The notes under the pieces were generated by a model that made no database searches, was not told the DNA's origin, and saw nothing but the letters and a program-made list of their open reading frames with translations. The translations under genes were made by a program, and so were the position numbers. From Candidatus Woesebacteria bacterium RIFCSPHIGHO2_01_FULL_38_10 (GTDB taxonomy: Bacteria > Patescibacteriota > Microgenomatia > UBA8517), in contig MGGC01000033.1 in assembly GCA_001792215.1 (NCBI GenBank), positions 2,527 through 66,526 on the forward strand: a DNA stretch of 64,000 bases, written 5' to 3'. Of the stretch, positions 37,591-47,121 are shown piece after piece. Position 1 is the stretch's first letter. Each line of letters opens with the position of its first letter.

Positions 37591-38167
37591 ATGGCTAAGG
37601 ATGACGTTGAAATAGAAATAAAAATATCAACTGACAAAAGAACTTTTGGGAAGGTTAAGCAATACCTTAAAGAACACGCTAAGTTTATCGGTAGCTCACA
37701 GGAAATGGACAAATACTAATTCTCCCCATAGAGACTTCTTAGAGCTTAAACACCCCGAAGAATACCTCAGAATAAGGGTAAAGGGTGGCGGTGGTGCTAT
37801 AACATACAAAAAGGTTTACTTTAATGAAAAAGGTTGGAAAACCCATGCTGACGAATACGAAAGCAAGATAGATGATACGGGACAACTTGAGAAAATTTTC
37901 TCAGTTTTAAACTTTGACAATTTTTTGACAATCGACAAACAAAGAGAAAGTTACGAATTTGAGGACAGATTTGAAATCGATTTGGATATTGTGAAAGGAC
38001 TGGGGTATTTTGTTGAAATAGAGGCAATGAAAGATTTCGGCGGAAGAGACGCAACTTATGATGAAGTTGCTAACTTTGCCCAAAAATTAGGCCTGAATTC
38101 TAAAAACCAAGATAATGATGGCTATGTCCTTATGATTATGAAGAAAAAAGGATTAGCGAAAAATTAA
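37591..38167 (+). pseudogene. CYTH-family (class IV adenylate cyclase-like) protein, frameshifted at ~37717
   Basis: EIEIK motif from ATG 37591; YLRIR, KQRE, GLGYFVEIE in the second frame. Confidence 0.8.
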
Positions 38168-38565
38168 AACGATTCTTCAAACTCTACTCCTATCGGACAA
38201 TGATCTGAACCCCTCACTTCTGAAAAAATAGACGCACTTGTTAATTTGGGCTTAATTTTTCGGGAGACAAAAGCATAATCTATTCTCCAGCCCAGACCTC
38301 GTTCTCGGGCGTGGGGAAAATATAACAGCCAGGTGTAATTGCCACTTTCTTGATGAAACTGTCTAAAAGTGTCAACAAAACCCAACTCTATCAACCTGTC
38401 TATTTCTTTTCTCTCTTCTGGCGTGAACATTATATTGTTTTTGTTTTGCTTCGGTCTTGCTAAGTCAACCTCTTTGTGAGCGATGTTAAAATCGCCGATT
38501 AAGATAGCCCTTTCATTTCGAACCTTACCCAAGTAGTCAAAGAGGGCAGAATACACTTGGAGTAA
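38164..38565 (-). pseudogene. xth: exodeoxyribonuclease III C-terminal fragment
   Basis: GDFNIAH, DTFR, GWRIDY, GSDHCP; N-terminal half absent. Confidence 0.85.
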
Positions 38566-38648
38566 CTGGTTATGGGCTCGAATGGGTCTGAACCGAGATA
38601 CTCAGCTCACCCTCCCAAAGACAACAACATCTTTGTTATAATCACATC

Positions 38649-39056
38649 ATGAAAAATATTCTCGCTTCAAACAACGTATATATCAGTAAATCAAGAATTC
38701 TTAATGCGGGCCGAGGGGTTTTTGCCAGACGTGATATTAAAAAAGACGAAATAATTGAAAGATGCCCTGTTATTGAAGTTCCAAAATACGATACGTCTAA
38801 TTTAAGAGAAAGTATTCTTGTTACTTATTTCTTTTATTTCGGAAAAAATAAGCAACGTTTAGCAATTGCCTTGGGTTTTGGATCAATATATAACCATACT
38901 TATAAACCAAACGCAAGATTCAAGACAAAACAAAAAGATATGATAATTGATTTTATTGCCTTAAATGATATTAAAAAAGACGATGAGATAACATTTAATT
39001 ACTACAATCGTAGTAAACCCAAAGACAAGAAAAGTCCATTATGGTTTGAAGTGTGA
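38649..39056 (+). CDS. SET-domain protein (lysine methyltransferase-like)
   Basis: GRGVFARRDI, YNHTYKPNA, DEITFNY. Confidence 0.9.
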   Translation: MKNILASNNVYISKSRILNAGRGVFARRDIKKDEIIERCPVIEVPKYDTSNLRESILVTYFFYFGKNKQRLAIALGFGSIYNHTYKPNARFKTKQKDMIIDFIALNDIKKDDEITFNYYNRSKPKDKKSPLWFEV

Positions 39057-39090
39057 AATTGCCTACAGAATAATCAGGTACTAGAGCGGT

Positions 39091-39507
39091 ATGCCCAATC
39101 ATTATCACTTGCTGGTTAAACAGCTTGAAGATAGCGGAGTGAGGAAATTCATATCAAATTTTCAAAATGGATTTGCTAAGTTTTTTAATATTTGAAATAA
39201 AAGACCTGGTCCTTTATTCCAACGACCATTTAAGGCAAAACATCTTTCAAAAGATGAGGAATTTTTGCATGTGTCAAGATATATTCACTTAAACCCTGCG
39301 ACTTCTTTTGAAATGTCTTTAGATAATCTGAAAAATTTAAATATTACTTCACTACCTTTTTATATGAACAATATCCAAAATAACATGATAAAAATTGAAC
39401 CGATCTTAAAATTAATTGGTTCTCCTGAAAAATATTGGCAGTTTTTAGAAAATCAGTTGGATTATCAAAGAAAATTAAATAAAATAAAACATCTAATATT
39501 GGATTAA
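39091..39507 (+). pseudogene. REP-associated/IS200-like Y1 HUH transposase remnant
   Basis: [11 protein letters not shown] (HUH), GPLFQRPFKA, SRYIHLNP; 5' truncated; in-frame TGA at 39193. Confidence 0.85.
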
Positions 39508-39861
39508 TTAAAGTAAAGAGAGTTGTGTACGCATATAACACCCGAAGGGTGATTTTTTTAATAATTTCAGTATTTGTCTAACTAAAGAAACTTTTTTAAC
39601 AACCTTTCTCTTCAGAGGTTTTTCCAACCAGACCGAAAGAATGAGCCATTTTCCCTTATCGTTCTTCTTTACTACAACTTCTATCTCTTGATTTGCAAAA
39701 GTACGCTGATAAACCCAAACCCCTTTCAAACTTTCATATCTTGATTTATCGGGAAACCTCCAAGTTGCCCAAACATCGCCTTGTTTTATTCCCCGCTCGC
39801 GCATGCGTTTAATAGCATGCTTAGTAAAAATTAAACCTTTATATTCATTTTGCATTGTCAA
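39508..39861 (-). CDS. DUF4258-like protein
   Basis: IFTKHAIKRMRERGI...ILSVW. Confidence 0.7.
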   Translation of the reverse strand: MTMQNEYKGLIFTKHAIKRMRERGIKQGDVWATWRFPDKSRYESLKGVWVYQRTFANQEIEVVVKKNDKGKWLILSVWLEKPLKRKVVKKVSLVRQILKLLKKSPFGCYMRTQLSLL

Positions 39862-40184
39862 CCTTTTCTGAAGATCTCCTGAAGAATCTCTTGGGAAAAA
39901 ACTTTAGTTTCCTTTTTTATTAAATCTTCGATATCATCTTCAACCAATTCTTCAATAAATTGGAGAATCTTTTCATCATATGGACATTCATAAAACAGAG
40001 ATAAAAATTGATGATGATGTTCTTTGGGTAGTCTATCTAAAATACACCCCAATACTCTATGATGAACCATCTCGTCAATAATCTGCCAAATTTCTTCTTT
40101 TTCTTCAGGGGTTTCTGTAATTTTACTTATCTCCCTTTCAAGATTATCCAAAGTTATTAAATGATCGTAAAAAAGCTTCGACAT
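39858..40184 (-). CDS. hypothetical helical protein
   Basis: ORF coupled in operon; FYDHLI, HHRVL. Confidence 0.75.
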   Translation of the reverse strand: MSKLFYDHLITLDNLEREISKITETPEEKEEIWQIIDEMVHHRVLGCILDRLPKEHHHQFLSLFYECPYDEKILQFIEELVEDDIEDLIKKETKVFSQEILQEIFRKG

Positions 40185-40185
40185 A

Positions 40186-41133
40186 CTAGTTATTCAACTT
40201 AGGCACGATATTTTCATTATACTCGATAGGTCCTAAGGAAATTTTATTTTCCGGATCATCTACAAAAAAAAGTACAACTAGCCCTTTTTTATACGTCGGT
40301 CCCCCCAAATAATCCATCACTTCCGGACTGCCACCAAAGTGCTTTCCAGTCCAGGCAGCTGGGCCTGAATCGGCAACGGCGGCAACAACTACCTTTCCAT
40401 TTAGGGTATCTACAATTAAAACTTTTCTATACTTGTACCAGTCTCTTAAATATCTGGTTCTTATATTCCAGTCAGGCAGATAAAGTGTTTGCACTACCGC
40501 ATACCATTTTTCTATATCAATCAAATCCCTCGTGAGATCTTCTTTTAAAAAAGCAAAATACCCCCAGGCTCCAAGACCTGGCGCCATTCCTTCCTCTAAT
40601 ATCTCTTTTCCATGTTCATAAAGACTATCTCCGGGAAAACGTCTTAAATGCTGCTCAGCTCCAATATAACCATAAGTGGTATTTAAGTGTTCTCCTTCTA
40701 AACTCGCTTTTGACTTAACTCCAATTATATTTTGGAAAACTTGTTCTAGGAACTTTTCTTCTTGATATGTTAAAGGTCTTGGCCTCTCAGGCAGAAGGGA
40801 TTTTAGTATTTGAACGATTAAACCTTCATTCTGTCCCCTCTCAGAAATTTTTTTCTGGGCTTTGAATTTTTCAAAGAGTTCATGTGGAGGAAGGAGAGAC
40901 TTAATGTTGGTTGGAGGGTTCAGAAGAAGTGTCCCTGCAATTGCTCCTGCTCCTAGAATTCTTGCCGAGTGTTGTCTTACTTTTCCAGGATCAATTCCTT
41001 TACTTTTAAAAAACTTTTCAACATGGGGATGAATTTGGGAAAGCCTTCGTCTAGCTTCAAGGTGTTTAAGTTTCAGTTTTTGACGAACCGTCTCAGCTGT
41101 CAACTTTCTTTTTGTTTTTTTTCGGGCAGACAT
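40186..41133 (-). CDS. conserved hypothetical protein, possible RlpA/3D-like barrel at C-terminus
   Basis: KVLIVDTLNGKVVVAAVADSGPA...FGGSPEVM. Confidence 0.7.
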   Translation of the reverse strand: MSARKKTKRKLTAETVRQKLKLKHLEARRRLSQIHPHVEKFFKSKGIDPGKVRQHSARILGAGAIAGTLLLNPPTNIKSLLPPHELFEKFKAQKKISERGQNEGLIVQILKSLLPERPRPLTYQEEKFLEQVFQNIIGVKSKASLEGEHLNTTYGYIGAEQHLRRFPGDSLYEHGKEILEEGMAPGLGAWGYFAFLKEDLTRDLIDIEKWYAVVQTLYLPDWNIRTRYLRDWYKYRKVLIVDTLNGKVVVAAVADSGPAAWTGKHFGGSPEVMDYLGGPTYKKGLVVLFFVDDPENKISLGPIEYNENIVPKLNN

Positions 41134-41142
41134 TACAGAAAT

Positions 41143-42498
41143 TTAAGGTTGTAAAACAAATTTGAGCCTTCTTAAAGTTTTAAGTTTCCCCAAAATCACA
41201 ATTGATTCATTTATAGGAGGAGTTACCCTACTTCCGGTTATAGCAACCCTCAAATCCATAAAAAAACTTCCTGTTTCAAAACCTTTATCCTTAATCAAAC
41301 CCGTCAAAACACTATTAATCTGGTCTAAATTCCACTCCCTCAGTTTTTTCAAAATCGTAATTGCCTCCTTTAAATGGACTGAAGCATTTTTTCCTAATAA
41401 TTTCTGCTTAACTTTAGGTTTTTCAAAGAAAAAGCCTGCAAGCGTCCCTATCTCTGAAACTTTCGTCAATCTTTCTTTGACAAGAGGAGTAATTCTCAAA
41501 AGTGTTTTATAATCCACATTTTTAGGTAGAAATTCCAGAAAAAGTTTCGCCAACTCTTTATCGGTTTTCTGTCTTATATAGTATCCGTTAAACCAATCAA
41601 GTTTTGCTCTATCAAAAATTGGATTGGACTTCTGAAAACCTCTGGGATCAAAAATCTTTACAAATTCCCCAAGGCTAAAAATTTCCCTATTATCCTTTGG
41701 GGCCCAACCTAAAAGAATAACATAATTAAGAATCGCCTCAGGTAAATAGCCATCGCCAATCATCACTTCACACGAGACGCTCCCTTTTCTTTTAGACAAT
41801 TTTCCTCCATCAGGGTCTAATATGTCTGTTAAGTGTCCAACCTCAGGCCTTTTATAACCAAGATATTTATAAACCAGAAGGTGTATCGGAGTTGACGGCA
41901 TCCAATCGTGCCCGCGGAGTACGTGCGTAATTCCCATAGCGTGATCATCTACAACAACTGCTAAATGATAAGTCGGAAGATTGCTAAATTCCTCTGACTT
42001 CAATAATGTCGTATCGGCGACCAAATCGGTTTTCCAAAAAATCTCTTTATTAATAATAAAATCGTGATAACCGAGAACTTCATTGTCAGGAACTTTCAAC
42101 TTAATAGCTCCAGTCTCATAGTCTTTACTTCTACACGGATCACGAAGAATATTTGAATAGCCTTCGCTTTTCGGATTCTTGGGTTTACATCTGCAGTAAA
42201 AAGCATTACCTGACTCAATCAATCTTTTAGCTTCTTTAAGGTATATTCCTTGTTTTGCCCTTTCAGTTTGAACATAATATTCATCCCATTTCAAACCAGA
42301 TTTGATTAAAGAGTTTTTGAGGTTTTCAACCGATCCCGTAACCAGCCTTTTTTGGTCGGTATCTTCTATTCTTAAGACAAATTTCCCACCACTTTTTTTT
42401 GCTAAGGCATATGAATAGATAGCGGTTCGCAATCCTCCTATGTGGAGCAATCCTGTCGGAGAAGGCGCAAAGCGGGTTTTTACTTTTGACATCTTCAA
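41143..42498 (-). CDS. gltX: glutamate--tRNA ligase
   Basis: RFAPSPTGLLHIGG, LRIEDTD, KLSKR. Confidence 0.97.
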   Translation of the reverse strand: MKMSKVKTRFAPSPTGLLHIGGLRTAIYSYALAKKSGGKFVLRIEDTDQKRLVTGSVENLKNSLIKSGLKWDEYYVQTERAKQGIYLKEAKRLIESGNAFYCRCKPKNPKSEGYSNILRDPCRSKDYETGAIKLKVPDNEVLGYHDFIINKEIFWKTDLVADTTLLKSEEFSNLPTYHLAVVVDDHAMGITHVLRGHDWMPSTPIHLLVYKYLGYKRPEVGHLTDILDPDGGKLSKRKGSVSCEVMIGDGYLPEAILNYVILLGWAPKDNREIFSLGEFVKIFDPRGFQKSNPIFDRAKLDWFNGYYIRQKTDKELAKLFLEFLPKNVDYKTLLRITPLVKERLTKVSEIGTLAGFFFEKPKVKQKLLGKNASVHLKEAITILKKLREWNLDQINSVLTGLIKDKGFETGSFFMDLRVAITGSRVTPPINESIVILGKLKTLRRLKFVLQP

Positions 42499-42600
42499 CT
42501 AAATTTTACCACCAAAGGACTCTTTTATCATTTGCCATTTTACGAACAGTTTACATGCTTGTAGCGAATTCAAGTAAGATGGGTATATAATTATTTTGCT

Positions 42601-43662
42601 ATGGCTTCTTTAACCGAAACAGCGATTGTCTCACGAAAGGCTATAAAGTACACAGTTCTTCTGATCATCATTATTGTTGTTGCCAGACTTGCCTTTAAAG
42701 GCGGTGTTTCTGTCTATAAGCGCCTTTTCCCACCCAAACCACCCAAACCCACAGTCTCCTTTGGAAAACTTCCTTCCATTCCCTTTCCTCCTAAAAACCA
42801 ACCTGAAAACTTAAGTTATAGCCTTGAAACCACCTCAGGTCGTTTACCTGAATTTCCTCAACAAGTTGAGGTTTATTTCATGCCTCCAACAGCCACCAAC
42901 ATTCAGGCACTAGAACAAGCAAAACATAAGGCAAGTGCTCTGGGATTCAGTTCAGAAGGAAAACTTATTATTGAAAATGTCCAAAACGTTTATCTTTTTC
43001 CCAAAGCAAGAACTCCTTCCAATTTAACCATGAACATCATTACTGGAATTTTTTCCATAAATTATGATCTCCGATCCAACCCAAGAATCACCGAGGGAGT
43101 GCCACCGTCTCCAGAATCTCTGGAGAAAAAAGCTATGTCTTTGCTCTCCAAAGCTGGTTATCTTGATACGGATTTAAAAGAAAGCATTGTAACCCGAAAA
43201 CTTTTAAAAGCCGAAGGCGAAAATTTTGTTTCGGTAAGCTCTCTTTCTGAGTCGAATTTGGTCAAAATAAATTTATTTAGAAAAAATTTGGGCAGTAAAA
43301 AGGATATTCCTTCTGTCACACCTGACATGCCAGAAGCAAATGTTTGGTTTCTCTTCGCCGGATCTAAAGGAGAAATAATCGCCGCTGAATATCATCATTA
43401 TCCCAGAGATGAAAAACAATCATCCACCTACCCTTTAAAAACGGCTGAACTAGCCTGGCAGGAATTAAATTCTGGCAAAGCCTATATTGCTAACTTAGGC
43501 GAAAACAAATCTGAAAAGATAGCAATTAGAAATGTTCATCTTGCTTACTTTGATGCAGGTCTATATACAGAGTATTTTCAACCAGTTGTAGTTTTTCAAG
43601 GAGATAACGATTTTTATGCCTTTGTTCCGGCTGTAACTGAGGAATATTTAGCCAAAAAGTAA
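42601..43662 (+). CDS. membrane-anchored hypothetical protein
   Basis: 353-aa ORF, N-terminal TM, Pro-rich linker. Confidence 0.8.
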   Translation: MASLTETAIVSRKAIKYTVLLIIIIVVARLAFKGGVSVYKRLFPPKPPKPTVSFGKLPSIPFPPKNQPENLSYSLETTSGRLPEFPQQVEVYFMPPTATNIQALEQAKHKASALGFSSEGKLIIENVQNVYLFPKARTPSNLTMNIITGIFSINYDLRSNPRITEGVPPSPESLEKKAMSLLSKAGYLDTDLKESIVTRKLLKAEGENFVSVSSLSESNLVKINLFRKNLGSKKDIPSVTPDMPEANVWFLFAGSKGEIIAAEYHHYPRDEKQSSTYPLKTAELAWQELNSGKAYIANLGENKSEKIAIRNVHLAYFDAGLYTEYFQPVVVFQGDNDFYAFVPAVTEEYLAKK

Positions 43663-43668
43663 GTATTC

Positions 43669-44592
43669 TCACTCATCTTTCCTTACTCTCTTCCACTCAT
43701 AATTTTTAAAAATCCAGTCAATAAGTTTTCTTGTTTCCCCAAATCTATCCTCACTCCCCAGAACCGCAATCATTATTTTCCTGTCACCCCTCTCAACATA
43801 AGTAACCAGATTTTCTCTGGCATTTTCAGTCCAACCGGTTTTTACTCCCAAAACTCCTTCCACTTCACCCACAAGCTCATTGAGATTCCTTAAGCCATGG
43901 ACAACCTTACCATCTTCACTTGTTACCACCATCTTTTTGCTGGCAACGGTTTTTTTAAAAAAGGGTCTCTGCATAGCAACAGCCGATATAAAAACAAGAT
44001 CTCTTGCAGTTGTCAGATGATTATCTCCATCCAAACCTGTCGGGTTTTTGAAAGAACTACTCGTCAATTCCAAATTTTTCACCTTGTCATTCATTGCCTC
44101 AATAAAAGCATTCCTCCCTCCCGGATAATTTTCTGCCAAAACCTCAGCTGCATCATTGGCACTGGCAATTAAAAGTCCAGACAAAAGATTTTTAACTGAA
44201 ATTTTTTCCCCCTCAACAAGGTGCATTTTTTGCCCCTCGATATTTATTTTACCCACAGTCAAAATTTTCTCCATTGGATACTTGTCCATTGAAACCAACG
44301 CAGTAACAATTTTGGTTGTTGAAGCTGGCAAAAGGGGAGTGTCTGAATTTGCATCGAAAAGAATTTTTCCTGAGGGTAAATCGCTGGCCATAATCGATTG
44401 GGCAGATAACTCCGGAAAGACAAAACTTTCTTTCAAAAAAGGAACCTGAGCATAATAAACTTTTCTTTGACCCTCTTTGGTTGTCGGAGTTGATAACTTA
44501 TAAGATTTATCAGTTTTTTTAAATTCACTCAGCTTCAGAGAGAAAGTTGATATTAAGATAAAGGTAGTTATCAAAAGGTAAAAGAACTTCAT
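43669..44592 (-). CDS. D-alanyl-D-alanine carboxypeptidase (peptidase S11)
   Basis: ASTTK, SAN, KTG motifs. Confidence 0.93.
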   Translation of the reverse strand: MKFFYLLITTFILISTFSLKLSEFKKTDKSYKLSTPTTKEGQRKVYYAQVPFLKESFVFPELSAQSIMASDLPSGKILFDANSDTPLLPASTTKIVTALVSMDKYPMEKILTVGKINIEGQKMHLVEGEKISVKNLLSGLLIASANDAAEVLAENYPGGRNAFIEAMNDKVKNLELTSSSFKNPTGLDGDNHLTTARDLVFISAVAMQRPFFKKTVASKKMVVTSEDGKVVHGLRNLNELVGEVEGVLGVKTGWTENARENLVTYVERGDRKIMIAVLGSEDRFGETRKLIDWIFKNYEWKRVRKDE

Positions 44593-44788
44593 GAAAGATG
44601 ACCTTTAAGAATAATTCAAAGTTTAGAGTCCAAAAGGAAAAATTACAACAGGAGGTAATTGCCCGAGATTTCTAAAGATTAATCGCTACACCCAAAATAC
44701 TATTTTTAGAGTTGCAAACCAGAGTATTTTGGGTTCATAATTGTTTAACGAGATTCATAAACTCGAGTTAAACAAGTATATCAACAAT

Positions 44789-46189
44789 TTAAGACTTTTG
44801 GGAAATTGATACTTCTATTCCCAACTCCTTAAGCTGCTCTTCAGTTGCCTGATTGGGAGCACTCATTACCGAAGTCAACCCTCCGGCTGTCATCGGAAAG
44901 GCAATAACTTCCCGAAGACTTGGCTCTCCCATTACAGCCATTAAAAATCTGTCAATCCCTGGAGCAATTCCGCCGTGCGGCGGCACACCATATTTGAAAG
45001 CATCAAGCATGTGTTTAAACTTTCCTTTTTGCTTGTCAGTAAACCCAATAAGCCCAAAAACCTTCGCTTGAACTTCTGGCTGGTGGATTCTTACACTTCC
45101 TCCTCCAACTTCATAACCATTTAAAACCATATCATGCTGAAGTCCTCTTACTTTTAGAGGATCTTTATTAAGTAAACTGACATCATCCGGATGGGGAGCT
45201 GTAAACATATGGTGTGACGGAGCAAATTTGGCTGATCCTGATCCGTGATAAAAATCTTCCTTTACTTGTTTACTGAAAAGCGGAAAGTTGACAATCCAAG
45301 CAAAGGCAAGTTCATCTTTATCATTTTCATCTTTTCTTAAGTCAGGTTTATCCGATCCATATTTTTCCAGAGCCTCTTTATGAGATATTCTTGGCCAGGG
45401 AACTTTGGCAATTTTCTTCTCAGGAAATATTTTCTTGACCAAACTTGTAAAAAGCTCCTCGCTGAGTGCCAAAATATCCTCCTGAGTCACAAAACTCATC
45501 TCAAGATCCAGTTGGGTAAACTCTCCGTAAGCTCGATCAGCTCTTGGATCCTCATCCCGAAAACATCTGGCTATTTGGAAATATCTCTCAAATCCGGCTA
45601 CCATCAGAAGTTGTTTGTACTGTTGGGGAGACTGGGGGAGGGCATAAAATTTTCCCGGCTGCAAGCGTGAAGGAACGATAAAGTCCCGTGCTCCTTCCGG
45701 AGTTGTTTTGGTCAAAATTGGAGTTTCAATCTCAACAAAATCACGTTCAAACAGCCAGTTTCGGATAAATTGAACCGCTTTTGAGCGAAGCCTCAAATTC
45801 TTCGCCATTCGAGTTCGGCGAAGATCCAAATATCTGTATTTTAAACGCGTACTTTCTTCAATCTCCAATCCGTCTGAATCAAGTGGAAAAGGAACTTCTC
45901 CGGCTCGCGAGAGAGTCACTAAACTTTCAATTTCAACCTCAACCTTACCTGTTTCCAAATTTGGGTTTACTAAGTTTTCGGGACGCTTTTTGACTTCACC
46001 GATTATCTCAACAACCGACTCATTTGCCATTTTTGCCAAATCTCTGCCCACACACTGAACAATCCCTGATCTGTCGCGAAGGTCAATAAAGGTGATTTTC
46101 CCATGATCCCGGAGTGTATCAACCCAACCTTTTAGCAAAACCTTCCTGCCAACTTTATTAAGCGTCTTTCTTGCCAAAGTTCTTTGCAT
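44789..46189 (-). CDS. aspS: aspartate--tRNA ligase (short form lacking GAD domain)
   Basis: TPEGARDF, LPQSPQQYKQ, CFRDED, PPHGGIAPGIDR. Confidence 0.97.
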   Translation of the reverse strand: MQRTLARKTLNKVGRKVLLKGWVDTLRDHGKITFIDLRDRSGIVQCVGRDLAKMANESVVEIIGEVKKRPENLVNPNLETGKVEVEIESLVTLSRAGEVPFPLDSDGLEIEESTRLKYRYLDLRRTRMAKNLRLRSKAVQFIRNWLFERDFVEIETPILTKTTPEGARDFIVPSRLQPGKFYALPQSPQQYKQLLMVAGFERYFQIARCFRDEDPRADRAYGEFTQLDLEMSFVTQEDILALSEELFTSLVKKIFPEKKIAKVPWPRISHKEALEKYGSDKPDLRKDENDKDELAFAWIVNFPLFSKQVKEDFYHGSGSAKFAPSHHMFTAPHPDDVSLLNKDPLKVRGLQHDMVLNGYEVGGGSVRIHQPEVQAKVFGLIGFTDKQKGKFKHMLDAFKYGVPPHGGIAPGIDRFLMAVMGEPSLREVIAFPMTAGGLTSVMSAPNQATEEQLKELGIEVSISQKS

Positions 46190-46288
46190 AAGTGAAATTC
46201 TTTCTTTCCTACTTTCCTAAGCGCTATTCTACTTTAACTAACTCCTTCTTGACAAGCACAAGGGGAAATTCTGTATAATATCCCTCGT

Positions 46289-46522
46289 ATGTCAGAAAAA
46301 CCTCCAAAAAAATTAACAACAGAATTGGACGGCGAAAATGTAACTTTAGATGTAGGTCGCAATTTAATGTCAGATGGAAGTATAGTTCTTGTTGACCGTG
46401 TACCGCATGCTAGGCACGAAGGTTCTTTTCAAATAGCTCAGGTTAAACCAGGAGAACAAGGTAAACCAGGAAAATTAATTAGAGGAAAAGTAGTGCGAGC
46501 TTCCACTTCCGAGACGGAATAG
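46289..46522 (+). CDS. small hypothetical protein
   Basis: TTGACA...TATAAT immediately upstream of ATG. Confidence 0.6.
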   Translation: MSEKPPKKLTTELDGENVTLDVGRNLMSDGSIVLVDRVPHARHEGSFQIAQVKPGEQGKPGKLIRGKVVRASTSETE

Positions 46523-46534
46523 ACCGACACTCTC

Positions 46535-47101
46535 TTACAAACCAACCTCTTTTACAATTTCTCTAAGCAGTTCCTCTTTTGTCTTTGATCCGTCTAAATG
46601 AATTGTTGATGGAGGAAGAAGGTCTTTCGCAATTTTATTCATTAAAGTAAGATCCTTCAAAGTAAACCTGGGTTTTTTGCCTTCTTCTTTTTGCCTTTGC
46701 TGAGAAATTTGCGGATCTGTTTCAAAACTAAAAATTAAATCTGTAAGTGACAAAAAAGGTTTCAAAAATAAAGAAAGCTCTCGATATTGTCTTGCAGTAA
46801 TTAAACCTTTCTCCTTAAGGAGATTTATAAAAACAATCTGATCCCAAAGTCCCCTATCTAGGATTAAAAATTCAGGTTTACTCTCAGTGCCAGAGTTCTT
46901 AAACTCTAAGATTTTATTAACAATTGAAAATATCACCCAAATTTGCTGTTCAAAATGAGCTCCTTTCTTATCCTTGAAAGGGCACATTCTGTAGCCTTCG
47001 TAAACCGGAGAAACTTTTTCTTCTCCCAAATAATCAATAAGCCTTTTGACTAAAGCAGATTTCCCTGACTTGGGAGTTCCTGTAAATTCAATTACTTTCA
47101 T
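46535..47101 (-). CDS. P-loop nucleotide (dNMP/thymidylate) kinase-like protein
   Basis: IEFTGTPKSGKS, ILDRG. Confidence 0.75.
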   Translation of the reverse strand: MKVIEFTGTPKSGKSALVKRLIDYLGEEKVSPVYEGYRMCPFKDKKGAHFEQQIWVIFSIVNKILEFKNSGTESKPEFLILDRGLWDQIVFINLLKEKGLITARQYRELSLFLKPFLSLTDLIFSFETDPQISQQRQKEEGKKPRFTLKDLTLMNKIAKDLLPPSTIHLDGSKTKEELLREIVKEVGL

Positions 47102-47121
47102 AATCCTAAAAAGCTTTAAAC

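Larger units (their letters stand above)
35320..39090. mobile_element. decayed tandem element B (right boundary approximate)
   Basis: Second HTH paralog, PHP fragment, recombinase C-terminal remnant, frameshifted cargo. Confidence 0.6.

Noticed and set aside
38560-38620. Possible further att or tRNA-end remnant (CTCACCCTCCCA), and GAGTCTCGGACCGTACC at 35394-35410
   Set aside because: Too short, with no matching partner in the window to support a call
19740-39100. Long direct repeat of the tRNA-Gln 3' end as attR
   Set aside because: Not found by eye; only a 4-bp core is shared, which suits a serine rather than a tyrosine integrase
39193-39195. TGA recoding (genetic code 25) suggested by the in-frame TGA in the transposase
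   Set aside because: Intact genes such as serS and greA end in TGA and have no internal TGA; this is a pseudogene lesion
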